Positions 24,032-36,418 of a DNA stretch of 64,000 bases are shown here, piece after piece (position 1 is the stretch's first letter; every line of letters begins with the position of its first letter). The stretch is taken from positions 1 through 64,000 of the forward strand of contig RSEE01000072.1 of assembly GCA_003971905.1 (NCBI GenBank), given 5' to 3'. The translations under genes were made by a program, and so were the position numbers. Source of the DNA: Moniliella sp. 'wahieum' (lineage: Eukaryota). Below the pieces are notes generated by a model. The model saw nothing but the letters and a program-made list of their open reading frames with translations, was not told the origin of the DNA and did no database searches.

Positions 24032-24789
24032 GGACCGCCAGCATGCCCGGGGGGTCGTGTAAGTCGCGTGTAGTGGATCCACGCCATCCGCCAAGACCCG
24101 TGTCTGCCTGCCCTTTGCTCAAGTGAGTCTGCGCATGCCCCCACATCACTCTTCCTTTTCTCGTTCCTCCCACCTCTCTCTGCGTGTGCGGCAAGTGCCG
24201 ATCCATCAAAGCACTTGACGTGCATGCCGGATGCGCTTTTTGTTTCCCCAGGGGGAAATCTTTAACTTTTGTTGATCCATGTCCATTACTACCCCTTTCT
24301 CTGCTACGTACATTTCGTCGCTCACACCAGTGGCAGGTGTGCGACGCTGGCCGCCTTGCACCCCTGTGCTGCTGCGACGGAAGAATGAATTAACGCGAGG
24401 GATGATGTTGCCACGCCACCCACCGCTGCCTGTTGATTCGTAGATGTGAACACGAGACCCTATAGAGTTGCCAGCTTGTTCTGTTCTCTTCGCCATCACC
24501 TCTCCTTCCCCCTTCCCCTTCTTCTCGCTTACCTCGTTACTTGATTATGACTCGCTGATCTTCTGTAGTTTCGAGACTAGGTGCCTCCAGGTCAGAGCCT
24601 TCACGCGTCGCTACACGTGCAGAGGGTACTACGAGCTAACCGGGAGAGAGCCAACCGAACCGAGCCGAATCCACCAAACCAAACAGCACAAAGTAAAAAA
24701 CGAACTAGCAGGCCAAAATGCATTGGGGAACTGAATTGATCTCGCGACCTCCGGAGCCCAGTCGGCTGAGTGGAAGCCGCCTCGGTACG

Positions 24790-27700
24790 CTACTGGACAT
24801 CGAAACGGATGCGCATGTTCATGGCAGCGAGTTCGGCGACGAGGTAGCGCAAGACATAAGGTACAGCGACGACGTCCAATTCACCGACGGAGCGAAGGAG
24901 AGCGTGGCGGGGGACCTTGATAGCGTTATCCTTATTGTGTCTGGTCATTTCAGCTGGGGTGGTAGCGCGTGTAGTGAGGGCCTTTGGTCTTCTGCGCGGC
25001 ACAAGCGACAAAATTCGCCATTAGGTCCCATACCACGTCGAGCAGCCAAGTCGGTACGTAAATCGATCGTTTGAGCGTCTAGTCCGCTCGTCGTTTCCTC
25101 GTACCCGACGAGACGAGGGACCCGCACGCCGACACCCCATGCCGTCGAGTAATCCGAGCAGTTCATCAGTCGGTCTTGTGAGGAGGAACGCGGTGCCATG
25201 CGCAAGCATTGCGTCACGCTCCATTTCTCCTAGACGAATACCACCTTGCCGTTTACGGCCCTTGACGGGCTGGTGGGTACGCTGGTCAATTGGTCCCGTG
25301 GTACGCACTTGGAACTTATCGTTGACCATGTGACGTAGACGTTGGTAGTACACCACGCCGAGGTAAATGTCAGCCGGGAACGGTTCACCCGTGATGCCCG
25401 AGTACATCGGTTCGTGGCCCATGTAATTGTACCCTGCCTTGACGAGTTGCTGACCGAAAAGTCGACGGGGGTATCGTCTTCAGAGAAGGACCAAGGGGTA
25501 GAGTCTTGTGCGATCCCATGCATCGCACCTGCTTTGCAGCCATCGACTCGATCAACATCCCGATCGTCATACGGGACGGGAAAGCGTGCGGGTTGATAAT
25601 CACGTCGGGTTGCATGCCGATTCCGAGAAGGGCATATCGACCTGTGGCCACTTTTGAGAGCACACACCTTTTTGTCCGTGCCGCGACGAAAACTTATCGC
25701 CAATGACGGGCGAACGGGGAATGCGCAAGGTAACTTGAATTTTCTGTGCTTCACGTGCACCCGTACCTGCGTCCATACCAATCACACGCACCGTATCCAC
25801 GTATGCGTAATCGTCGCCCTTCATCTTCTCAAACGACGTGACACCCGTATCTCGTCCCAGTACGCTAGGTACGCGTCGCCATTATTAAACCGTTCCCCGA
25901 TCTGGGGCAGACCCAACGTCGATCCGTTGACGGTGCGGGTGGGTGGGCGGCACGTCCGGTCCAAAGCCCAAGTGAACAGTAGAGAGTCCACTGCGCGTAC
26001 CTTGGTGTTTCGATGTCAGATCGACAATCACCGATTTGTAAATCACACCATACCCAAACCCACGCTCGTGCGCCGACTTGTTGAGAATCATAGCGTCCTC
26101 CATATCGTACCCAGTGTAGGAGATGACAGCGACAATCGCGTTGGCGCCATTGGGGTAATCGTCAAAGGAGTACTTGTTGTGCAGCCGCGGGCGGACAATG
26201 GGGTCTGCGGCGTCTGGATACGGTACAATTTGTTATCAGCACGGTGGTTGAGTGCGGTAGATGCGGTACCCATGGTCTGCTTGGCCATCTGGCACTGATA
26301 CATGTTCCGTGGCGAGTTAAAGTCCGAAAGGGTGTCAGGTTGGCCAAGACCGAGAGGACCGAAGTGGGTGCCAACTCAATGTGGGACGTCAGGCCCGTCT
26401 TGACGTCTTCGGGCTGACACGCCACGTCGAGGTACACCTGTTCAAAGGGTCCGACCATGTCGGGCTTGCCATTGGCCAAGAAAGTGACGGGACGCATCAT
26501 GCGCGACCGGTTGCTGAACAGGTACAAGCCAGGGAACTGACCAGCATGCGAGGGGGGTACCAAACCGATTTCCAGCTCGAGCGGCACGCCCGTTGACCCT
26601 CGGTCTTCCACAAGCGCAAAGCGTAGGCCATACGAGACGCCAGCTCAGGCGTAGTATGTCCAATCACCATACCATCCAGCATGACCACCATGGAAAGTGC
26701 CTTGGCCGACGTACCGGCGATATCGAGTGCACTGGCCACCGTCGGCACCATGCCCAGGCCAGCCAACACCTCGGGCACCCGACTGGTATCCGGCACCGAG
26801 GTCATGAGCTTACACGTGTGACTGAAGTGGTTGAGCAGGCCACAGGGGGATCCGTCGGGGGTGTGAACGGGGCAGAGGAACCCCCAAGCCTCGGGGAGCA
26901 ACTTGCGTACGGCCGTCGTCTTGAGCTCGGCAAAGAACGCACCACGGTGGACCGAGCGGAAGTGGGAGAGGAAACGGTAGTAGTTAAGTTTCTCAGCAAC
27001 GATCGTGAACCCCGAAGCTTGTTTAAGATCGAGACCGGATTGGGACACTAGGTTGCCCGTGGCCAAGAACGCGGCGAGACGAGCACCAATGTTGGAAGGG
27101 ACCTTGCCCATTGCCGCACTGATGTACTTGCCATCGAAAAGTCAGGGCTGACCTTGGTGGAGCGGTTGTTGTTCATGTCCTTGTTGGGGCCGTAGGGGCA
27201 CGAAGGTCGATCTGGATCTGCTGCTTGACCTCGGTGAGGAACCCTTCGAGGCGCTCCTTGATGATTTGGCCATAGAGGAGAGCCAGGCAAGAGGATGTCT
27301 TGGCACTGGGGGCTGTCTTCGTTGTCCAGACACGACTCGTCCGCCACGTTCGAGTAAAGCTTGCGGATCATGTGGACAGCATGCGGTATTTTCCGTGGCG
27401 ACGCGAGATGCACCAGGACGATTTGGCTAATGAAGCGGGCGCCAACTGGTAGTTGTCCAGTCCTCCGGGGCACCCATGACAACACGGAACTTGTCCCCAA
27501 TGTACTCGAGGCACTGGTTGCCATTGAACAGTTGGTAGTACTTGAAGCTGCGCAGCAGCACCTCCACACGGTCCGTCAAGAACGTGTTCTCATAGTCTCC
27601 CTGCGCGATGGAAGTGAAGATTTCCTTGTCGGTAGCGTCACGAGCGCCTTGAGAACCATGACAACGGGAATCATGTACTTGCTTGCGCCAACTGAAACGG

Positions 27701-28777
27701 AGCGTGATGTTACCATTCGCGAGATAATGGATCGTGTTGGTCATCGACACGAGGTCGTCTTTGGGCTGGGAACGGATGGTGACCGCTTTCTTGGTGTAGT
27801 ACGGGCCACGGTCTGCAAACGCACCACGCTCAATCGCCATGGCATGGTTGGCCTTGGGGCTGATCAAGCAGCGGATCAAACGCTCGTTTCCGTTGATGAT
27901 AAAGTAGCCTCCAAACTCGGTTGCTTCTTCGTTGTGCTTGACCAGGTCGCGGAAGACATGCCCTGGAGGTGGCAGCGGTTGGACTGAAACAAGAGACAGG
28001 TCAGCGGTGAACATGGGGAGAGGGGGCGGATCAAAGGGAGAAGAAGAAAGAGGGAAAAAACGTACGCGAACCATGATGGGAGCTTGACCAAACGAGCGGG
28101 TTTCACTGAAGGCGGGCCGCCATTGATGGACCACTGAATGCGAGCGGTCAAGGTACCTGCGTAGGTAGAGAGGCGTTCGCGTGCCTCGGTAGGGTAAATG
28201 TTGGGGTTACGAATTCCCTCTGTGCGTTCCGACACGGCCGGTCGAGCGAGGCTGACCGAGTCAACCCACATTTCCAAACGGTTTCCCATGGCAAACGCTT
28301 CGCCCGAAGCCCACTGTTCGCCGGTCGCGCCCTGGCCATCGAACGAGACGCGAGGCTGGATGGTACGAATAGCTTTGGCGAGAGACCTTCTCCCTCGGGC
28401 TTGCGGGGCTTGCCCTCAGCTTTGAGCTGGGCCTTGGTGGGCGTGACGCGCGGGTCGTCGCTCCAGAGCATGTTGAACGACTCGATCTGGGGCGCGCTGA
28501 GCTCGAGCAGTTCCGGGTGCTGGAACTCGTCCTTGCTGGGCGTTTGGAAGCGCTGGAACTGCTCGAGCGTGTGGAACGTAAACGGTTCCTCCCACCCGGC
28601 GCTGGCGAGGCGACGGGCATGCGCCAGCGAGTCGGGCAGCTGGAACTGGGCGTCAACGTCAACGTCCATGTCGGCGTCGGGCTTGAGGGAGCCACGGGCG
28701 GGCGCGGCGGCGGGGGTGGAGGGCCCGGCACTGTCCGAGTCGGACGAGGGCGAGGCGCTGCGCTCCGAGCGGGCCAT
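24790..28777 (-). CDS. RPA135: RNA polymerase I second-largest subunit (Rpa135/Rpa2)
   Basis: Motifs [110 protein letters not shown] and [10 protein letters not shown]. Intron 27984-28065. Confidence 0.97.
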
Positions 28778-29536
28778 GGCACAGCAGAGCAGAGGCAGCG
28801 AGGAGCGGTGGAGGTGGAGGTGGTGGTGGTGAGGAGGGCGAGGGGCGGTAGGGCCGCCGGGTGTAAAGCAGCCCTTTTTCCCCTCGGGTTTTTTTTTTCG
28901 AGCGCGGAAAGCACGCCGGCGGAATTCGGCGCAATGGCTGCCCTCTGCGCACCTGCCTCATCACAGCTGCATCACATCCCCATCGGCGGCCACCGGCCAC
29001 CCACCCACACTGAAGCTGACGTAACCCCCCGAACCTTCGGGCGCACGCTTCCCAACCGGCACCCCCCGCCCAGCCCGGGCGCACCCGACGTAGGATGGAT
29101 GGGCAAGCGAGCCGGCTGCCCATCGCATCGCATCGCATCGGATCGCCCTTGGTGCGTTGCTCCATCCCCACTAGCCCTACCGAACCATGGCTACTACGTA
29201 CATGCCTCGCCCTAACGACTATCGGCCATCGACCATCAGAGACCACGAGCACGCCTCAAACAAACAGTTGTGCAGGTGCAGAGCAGGTGCAGTGGGAGGG
29301 GGGGCACACTTGCATGTGATTGGACTGGCATGGGGGGAACAGGGGAACAGGCAGGGTCTGACCAACCGCCAACGCAATCCACGGCACGGCAGCTGAGGTG
29401 GGAACGGAACGATCGGACAGATATGCGACTGGTCTTGGTACGTACGAACCAGACGGCAGCCCAGGACGAGAGGCATGCAGCCTCGACTGCCCAGACACCA
29501 CATCCCACTCACCACACACCACACACCACGTACCAC

Positions 29537-30116
29537 TTAGTACGGGTTGTCGGCCGGGTGCACGTCGTGGCTGAAGTGCGAGCCAATCTAGACCAAGGAC
29601 AAGAAAACACAGGAAACCAAAATAGAAAACGTTAGACCAAAGCACACACTACGCACAGCCGTCGTAGCGGGGAGAAGCCCCTGGGTTGCGGGACCTAGGG
29701 AAGGAGGCATGCCCAAAGCAGAGGGGGAGGCAGACGAGTACCCTGTGCCACCCCCTGGCTTGTCCGACCCGACCCGACCCAGCCGGGTGGATTGCATCGC
29801 GACCGCAGGGCCCCAAGACGGGACCCAAGCGACCCCAGCAACCCAAGCAACCCACAGCCCAACGAACAGCAAAAGGACAAAAGGCAGGACGTACGATAGG
29901 AAGTTTCTCAAGGACGTCCTTGTCAAAGAGGGGGATGCCGCTCATGTAGAGGGCGATGAAGCCGGTGGCGGCGGCGCCCCAGCCGACGGCGGAGCCAGCC
30001 AGGTTGGGCAGCGTCTCCGGGGTGAAGATGCCGAGGGAGGGCTGGGGCTTGAGCTGGGGCGCCATCGCAGCGCGGGTGGCGCGCAGCGGCGCAGCACGGA
30101 CAACGGAGCTGAACAT
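29537..30116 (-). CDS. QCR10: Cytochrome bc1 complex subunit 10
   Basis: Exon 1 (30116-29895) MFSSVVRAA...PQPSLGIFTPETL..GWGAAATGFIALYMSGIPLFDKDVLEKLPI. Intron 29894-29588. Exon 2 IGSHFSHDVHPADNPY*, a typical fungal Qcr10 C-terminus. Confidence 0.88.
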
Positions 30117-30506
30117 GGATGCGAACGGGAACGGGGGGTGAGGCGAGGCGGTGGAGGAGAGCAGGAAGCCCACCACTGCTGGGCAGGGCAAAGGCAAGGC
30201 AAGGAAGGCAGCACTAGCCAGCTGGCTGCGGTGGGCGGTGGACACTGGCCCTGTGCGGCGCGGCAATTAATAATAACGCCCGTTTCATGCAACTTTCAGG
30301 GCGGCCTTTGCATGTCCAATTTTAAATTTTAAATTTCAAATCATCATCCCGGCGGCTGGCGCTGAATCAGCACGGGCCCCCAACCAGAGGCCACTCCAAC
30401 GGAGGACAAGGCTACAGAAAGCAAAGCACAAAGCACAACGCAGTGGGTGGTGGGGTGTATTGACAAGTCGGCCAATCGTCTGTGCAGGAGAAATCTACGT
30501 CTCCTC

Positions 30507-33500
30507 CTAGCCACTGGGGATGCGCGCACGCACATCACGCAACAAGGCAGCCACCTGCCTCCCCGCATCGTCCTCTCCGCCCGCCAGGGCAGTGTGGGCC
30601 TGGACCAGCGCCGCCAACGCCGCCGCCACATCCTCCAGCCTCAGTCCCACCGCCAACTCTGGCCATGCGCCCAGCCACCGACTCAGCAGCACCGCCATCC
30701 CGCCCGCCCGTAGCCCCGCCACCGCCGCCACCGCCGCCGTGTGCGCCTCACGCGGATCCACATCTGCTCGCGCTAAGCTCCGTCCAAACGTACCCTGCAG
30801 TCGCTCTGCCACCGTCACCGTCCCAGCGCGTGGTTCTGACCCCGGTTCGGACGCCGGTTCGGACGACGGTTCGGACGACGGGTTGGACAAGCTCGCGATC
30901 CAGCGCGCAGGCGCAATGAGCGACAGCAGCTCGGTACATGCTGAGGCAGTCTCGCACCCGACCGCGTACCAACGCTCGCGCTCCGTTGGCGCGCCCGTCT
31001 CGGGCTCCGTCTCGTGCTCAGGTCCTGGTCCAAGTCCAGGGGCGGGGCCAGTTCCCGGTGCGGATGAGGGGTCAGGTTCGTCCCAGGTAGCAAGGTCGAG
31101 GAGCAGGTGCAAGTCCTCGTCGGTCCAGGGGAGTGTGGGTAGTGTATTTGTGTTGGTGTTTGTATTTGCGTTTGCGATCCCGAGCTGCACCAGCGTGGTG
31201 AGTAACTTGATTTGGTTCAGTACCGCGCTCAGGTCTGGCGCCGGTGCCACAGCTGCACCACCTTCGCCACTACCATTACCACTACCACTACCAGCGGTAG
31301 TAGAGGTAGTAGAAGTAGAGTCGGCGGTAGAAGCATGGGGTTATGCGGTGAGCGAAACGAAGACGTGGTCAAGCGTTTCTTTTTCGCCGGTCCAGGTGCG
31401 GGGAGGGCGCGCGGTACGCGCGGACGAAGTGTGTGGGCCGGCACGGTAGGTTGAGCACGCCCACCTGCACGCCCACCTGTACCCGCACCTGCACGCCCAC
31501 CCGCACTTGCACCTGCACCCGCGGGTACCAGGGCCGGGGGAGCGTGGTGAAGCGTATCCAAGGCGCGTGAGAGGAGTGCGCGAGCGTGTCGCAGCAGAGC
31601 ACCGCCGTGGGGTTTGACAAGCCTTGCCACCTCTTCCGGCTCGGCAACAGCCAGCACAGTAACCAGCAGACTTACTGTCGCGTCCGCCTCGGCACAGGTA
31701 GCGTCCGTCCCATTATCTGTGCCAGGACCAGCCGAAGGACCAGCCGCAGGATGGGGTCTAGTATTGGTCTCAGGATTGGTCCCCGTATAGGCCGGAGTAT
31801 TGGCGCTGTAGACGTTGAGAGCATGGTAGAGGATACCGGAGGGGGCGAAGAGGGAGCGGATGGCGCGTGGGCTGAGGTGCGGGACGAGGTACCGCGTAGC
31901 GACCAGGAGGAGCGTGCGTGTGGTCTGTCCCTGTGTCAGGTGCTGGATTTGCTTGGCTACGCGCGTGCCGCCGTACAAGGCGAGGACGTGCCGTAGGATA
32001 AGGTCGCGGAGGTGGAGGAGGGAGTATCGACGGTCCCGGAGACGCTGGGGAGACACGAGGTAAGTACCGCCAGGATGTCGGATAACAGGGCTTCGTCTGG
32101 TGGTAGGTCAGGGACGTGCGCGTCTGGAGGTGCGAGAAGCCGGTAGAGCCCGAACCAGAACCCGAAGCCAAGACCGAAGCAGGCCCAGAACCAGAGACAG
32201 AGACCGAGGCAGAGACAGAGGAAGAGGACGAAGCAAGTGGGAGAGCGTGCGGGTCACCAAAGAGCAAAGAGCGTGCACGACGAGCTTGGGAGCCCGTCGG
32301 GAACGCCGAGAGGAACTGCGCAGCAAATAGCCCAGACACGTATCGATGTACCGCGCATTAGCTTGCTCCGCTACCGTCGCAGGGTGCAACTGTACCGACG
32401 ACTGCGACGTTGATGTTGACGTTGACGTTGATGGTCCGTCGGAGAGGATACTGGCGCTCGCCCCGGCCCCGGGACCGGACCCTGTGCGTCCCACCGACGG
32501 GGGGGGATACGCGCACGCATAAGCGCCGACCAACAAGTACGTGCTAGTCCTGACGACGTTAGGTCCACCAGCATCCCATTCTCTGTCCCACTCGTACCCG
32601 CACCCGTACCCGCATTCACACTTGTCCTCGCACCCCCACCCGCTGTACCCGGTGTTGGTGGCGCCGCGGAGGGAGGGTCAGTGAGACGATCGTCCACCTC
32701 CGGCGGGGGAAGAGCGGGGCAACGAGGTCCAGAGCAGCTTGGGCAGTATGTGCAGAGTGCGCAGCAGGGGGTTGTCCTTGTCCGTGGGCTTGGGCTTGAC
32801 TGTGCGCTTGACCTTGACTTTGGGCGGGGGCATGCAGTTCCGAGACCAAGTAGGCAATTTGGTCACGGAACAAGCGACTAGCGCCAGCCGAGCGTAACGA
32901 GGTCAAACTCTGCAGTTCCGCATGCGAATGAGCATGTGACGATGACGATGTGGTTCGGGACGCCAATCCCACGCGCGATCGTGACCGCGATCCCACCCCC
33001 AACCCGGAACGCGACCCCACCCCCGTCCGGGAGGTCGAGTGCGAGTTGGAGTTCGATTGGGAGTGCGATTGGGACTGGGACGGTTCGTCGTCCTCGAGGC
33101 ACTGGCTTCGCCCTCGCCCCACCGCGCCAGGAGTTCCTTGTAACTTGCCCGTGCGTGCACGCCTGCGCCCATCTGGGTCACACCGAGCATCGCGTCGAGC
33201 GAGTCGCCGCGCGCAGAAGTGTGGGAAGCTGTGCCCTCGTCCCCCGGGGCAAGGTCAGACGTAACCCAGACCCAAACCCAGAGGCAGACCCAGACCCAGA
33301 GTCGAATCCCGAGACAGAGGCAGATACAGAGGGGGGAGGAAAAGCAGAGGGCGGTGCGGAGGCGGGAGGGGGGGGAGGGCGAGCGCAGATGGGGCAGGGA
33401 GAGCGCGTTGGGCAAAAGATGCAGGGAGGGCAAAGGAGACGCCTGGCCTTGTGGCAAGGGAAGCGTGTACGCCTACGGCCGAGGCTGATGCCGTCTCGGT

Positions 33501-34209
33501 AGAAGAAGGAAGGTCAATAAGGAAGGCGCGCTGGGCACCGTACGTGCGTGTAGGGCCGATGGGGCGCAAGGGCCGCGCGGCAGAGGCAGAGATAAGCCGT
33601 GGTGAACCGCGCGTAGAGGTTGGGAGTGGGAGTAAACCTGCGACTGCAACTGCGACTGCGACTGGGAGTCGGGGTCAGCGTCGGAGGGTGGGGTGGGGTC
33701 AGGGTCAGACTGGATGGCCAGTGCTGAGTCCGCGTCGTCGTCTGAGTCGGAAGGCGTGAGTAGGCGCGGGCGAGGGGGCTTTTCCTTCGGCCGCGAGCGC
33801 ATCCGTCCCGACACGGACAGGGAGGAGGAGGGGTGGGACTGCGATTGCGATTGCGACTGCGATTGCGATTGCGATTGCGATTGCGACTGAGATTGGGATT
33901 GGGAGTGGGACTGGGAGTGGGGTGGGGACCACGAAGCGTCGTCAGAGTCGGGCGAGTCAAAGAGACGCGAGAGGTCGGGTGGGCGTGTGCGGGGGGTGAG
34001 GGAGGGCGCGCGGCGTGGACGTTTGCGCGGGCAGAAGAGCGGATGAGCGGCTCGTCCGGCTGCTCCTGGTGGGGCTCGTGGGGCTCATCCTGCGCGTCCT
34101 GGGCGTCCTGGGCGTCGGGATGGAGTGCGACGGGGTGGGTGCGTTTGCGGCGGTACACCTGGCGGATGCGGCGGGGGCGCGCGAGGGCGGCCGAGGCGGC
34201 GGGCTGCAT
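30507..34209 (-). CDS. WPL1: Wings-apart-like cohesin release factor (Wpl1/WAPL)
   Basis: Low-complexity N-terminus, then RTYGAQRAFLIDL, ASYKELLARWG and ELQSLTSLRSAGASRLFRDQIAYLVSEL, which resemble basidiomycete Wapl motifs, then a helical C-terminal domain. Several indels. Confidence 0.72.
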
Positions 34210-34210
34210 G

Positions 34211-34283
34211 GCGGTGGCGATGGCGATGGCGATGGCGATGGCGATGGCGATGGCGATGGCGATGGCAATGGCAATGGCAACGG
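34211..34283. repeat. (GGCGAT)n/(GGCAAT)n hexamer microsatellite directly upstream of the WPL1 ATG
   Basis: About 12 tandem hexamers visible in the WPL1/KSH1 divergent intergenic region. Confidence 0.95.
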
Positions 34284-34491
34284 CAACAGCAACGTCCAAC
34301 GCAGCGCGGTGGAAACACACGCTCTCCCCCCCTCCTCCAATTTCAACCGGCGCTGCATGCCACCTGCCCGCGTACGTCAGCCGGGTGCATGGTGTTACGT
34401 CAGCAGCTAGCCACAGCCACGACAGCTCCACCTCCACCTCCCCTCCACCTCACCCCTACCGCCTACCTTCTACCCCCATCTGTGCGCAGGC

Positions 34492-34886
34492 ATGTCGGCG
34501 CTGTTCAACTTCTCCTCGCTGCTGTTGGTGGTGGTGCTGAGCATCTGCACCTGCACGTACGTGCGTGCTGTTGCGCCCGGCCTCGTCGACCGCAACCAGC
34601 AGGGCTTCCGCGGCCCTGTCTGGAAGGGCGCCCGTATTGGTCCGTCTCTCCCTCCTGCTGCGCCTGCCTCACCTCCGTCCCTAACCTCTACCCCTGGTTT
34701 CTGTGTTTGTTGTGTTTGTTGTGTTTGCTTCGTTGGTTGTGTTGGCTGCGACTGATGGTGATGATTATGGATGTGGGCGGGATGGGCTTACTCCTGTGGT
34801 TGCGGCGAGCAGGCGAACGCATGTCGCCCTACGTCTCACTCGCGTGCATCGTCATGGCCATCCATAAGCTCCTCGGTGGCTCCTAA
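34492..34886 (+). CDS. KSH1: Protein Kish (TMEM167), secretory pathway
   Basis: [50 protein letters not shown], intron 34640-34812, then [23 protein letters not shown]. Confidence 0.95.
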
Positions 34887-35870
34887 CTTCCCACTGCTCT
34901 CGTTTCCCTCCTCCTCTCCCACACCCATTTCCCTTCCCACTCCCCCCATTCCCAATCCCATTCTCACTCCCACTCCCTCCGATTCCATCGCATTCCAATC
35001 CCCCCCCCCAACCCCCGCCCGACGATCGCCTCCCCTCCCCTCCCCTTCCCTCCCATCCCATCCATGCGATTCCCCACTTTACGTCTCACGTACCTTCCCC
35101 TCCCGCCTCGCTCCCTCTCCACCCCTTGCGCCCCTTGCGCCCACATCCCGCTACACCCTCCTGCCGGTCCCGCGCGACACACGACGAGCAAGCCCTCGAT
35201 TGTCTCGGGACAGACGGGTGGGCAGGAACGGGGAAGTGAAGTGCCATCTCCTACTGATCCATTTCATGGTCCCTTATGGTCCCCATGATGCTATGATGCT
35301 CATGATGCTGGCCCACACGATGCTGATTCCATGACGCGATGACGGCAACATCCGCACGCGCAAGGTCTGCCTGATCTGCCTGATGTGTGATGTGCAGGGT
35401 AGGCGGGGGCAGGTGTGCACGGGGAAAGGGGGGATCAATCATCGATCACCCCCAAACCAACCAAAAATCATTTATCTCTTTCCCTCCTCCTGCCCCGCAC
35501 CTGTACCCGCAATCGGTCCTGGGCTCGCACTCGGTCCTGTACGCAGGTCTCTTCGCCCCACCTGCCCCGGTCGCTGCATCGGTACTCGATGCCAGACACC
35601 ATACAGACAGGCCGATAGATGACGGACAACAGACCGGAGACAGCCGACGGACGACAGACCGACAGACCGAAAGACCGCCACGAAACCCCGACTTGCGCGT
35701 CGGTAGGTACTGGGTGTGCCTTTTGCCTGTGCGGTGCCTAGGGCCTACGACGTGACTAGGGGACTAGGGGAGTAGAGTATGAGGCTACGGGCACACGATA
35801 GGCGCGACGGAGAGGTGTGGTCAAGTGGGGGAGGAGCGATGGTCAATTAATATTGGGTAAAGGAAGGCCA

Positions 35871-35946
35871 GTACAGGTACAGGTACAGGTACAGGTACAG
35901 GTACAGGTACAGGTACAGGTACAGGTACAGGTACAGGTACAGGTAC
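35871..35946. repeat. (GTACAG)n perfect microsatellite, ~12.5 copies
   Basis: Directly visible. Confidence 0.98.
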
Positions 35947-36143
35947 GAGGTACGATGTGGGCAGGATAGGAGTAGTGGGAGTTGGACTTAGAGTTGGAGT
36001 TAGAGTTGGAGTGTGTGGCGTCTGGCCGCTTGGCTAGACCAGCAAGCAAGTGAGTGAGTGAGTGAGCGATGGTTTAAACGCACAAGAAAGAAAGAACGAC
36101 CAAGCTCCAAGCTCCAACCCGAAATGAAGAAAAAAACCGAAGA

Positions 36144-36206
36144 AAGAAAACCGAAGACGAAGAAAACCGAAGACGAAGAAAACCGAAGACGAAGAAAACT
36201 GAAGAC
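36144..36206. repeat. 16-bp minisatellite AAGAAAACCGAAGACG x4
   Basis: Directly visible, downstream of the GMC oxidoreductase stop. Confidence 0.95.
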
Positions 36207-36418
36207 AAAGACAAAGGCCAAGACAAAAAAGACAAGAAGACGAAGAAGACGAAGACGAAAAACCACCGTGGACAGCTGGTGGGCCGAGCCGTGCTGCAGG
36301 AGGCTGGTCCTGGTTGTGAGCCTGGGGGGGGGGGAGGGAAGGCAGCTGGAGGCTAGGTTGCTTGCCTCTGTGAGGCCCCATACTGCGTGCGGCATGCTGG
36401 GTGCTGAATGCTAGGTGC

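Larger units (their letters stand above)
18022..24616 (+). repeat. Tandem segmental duplication, ~3.0-kb units (18022-21058 and 21722-24616)
   Basis: Both units start GACAAGGACCACAGCTGGCA and end GGTCAGAGCCTTCA.GCGTCGCTACAC, with colinear similarity through promoter, CDS, introns and 3' region. Confidence 0.95.

Noticed and set aside
29120..29140. PAC-like GCGATG repeats upstream of RPA135
   Set aside because: A simple (CATCG)n pentamer repeat lacking the full GCGATGAG, and similar repeats occur at unrelated genes.
35250..35390. Possible C/D snoRNA (several ATGATG and CTGA)
   Set aside because: No clean RTGATGA box C, terminal stem or recognisable guide. It looks like degenerate ATGATGCT repeats.
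36050..36068. CNYTCNYT (Ssd1-type) matches downstream of the GMC gene and in pyrimidine tracts
   Set aside because: Part of simple (TCAC)n or CT-rich microsatellites, expected by chance.
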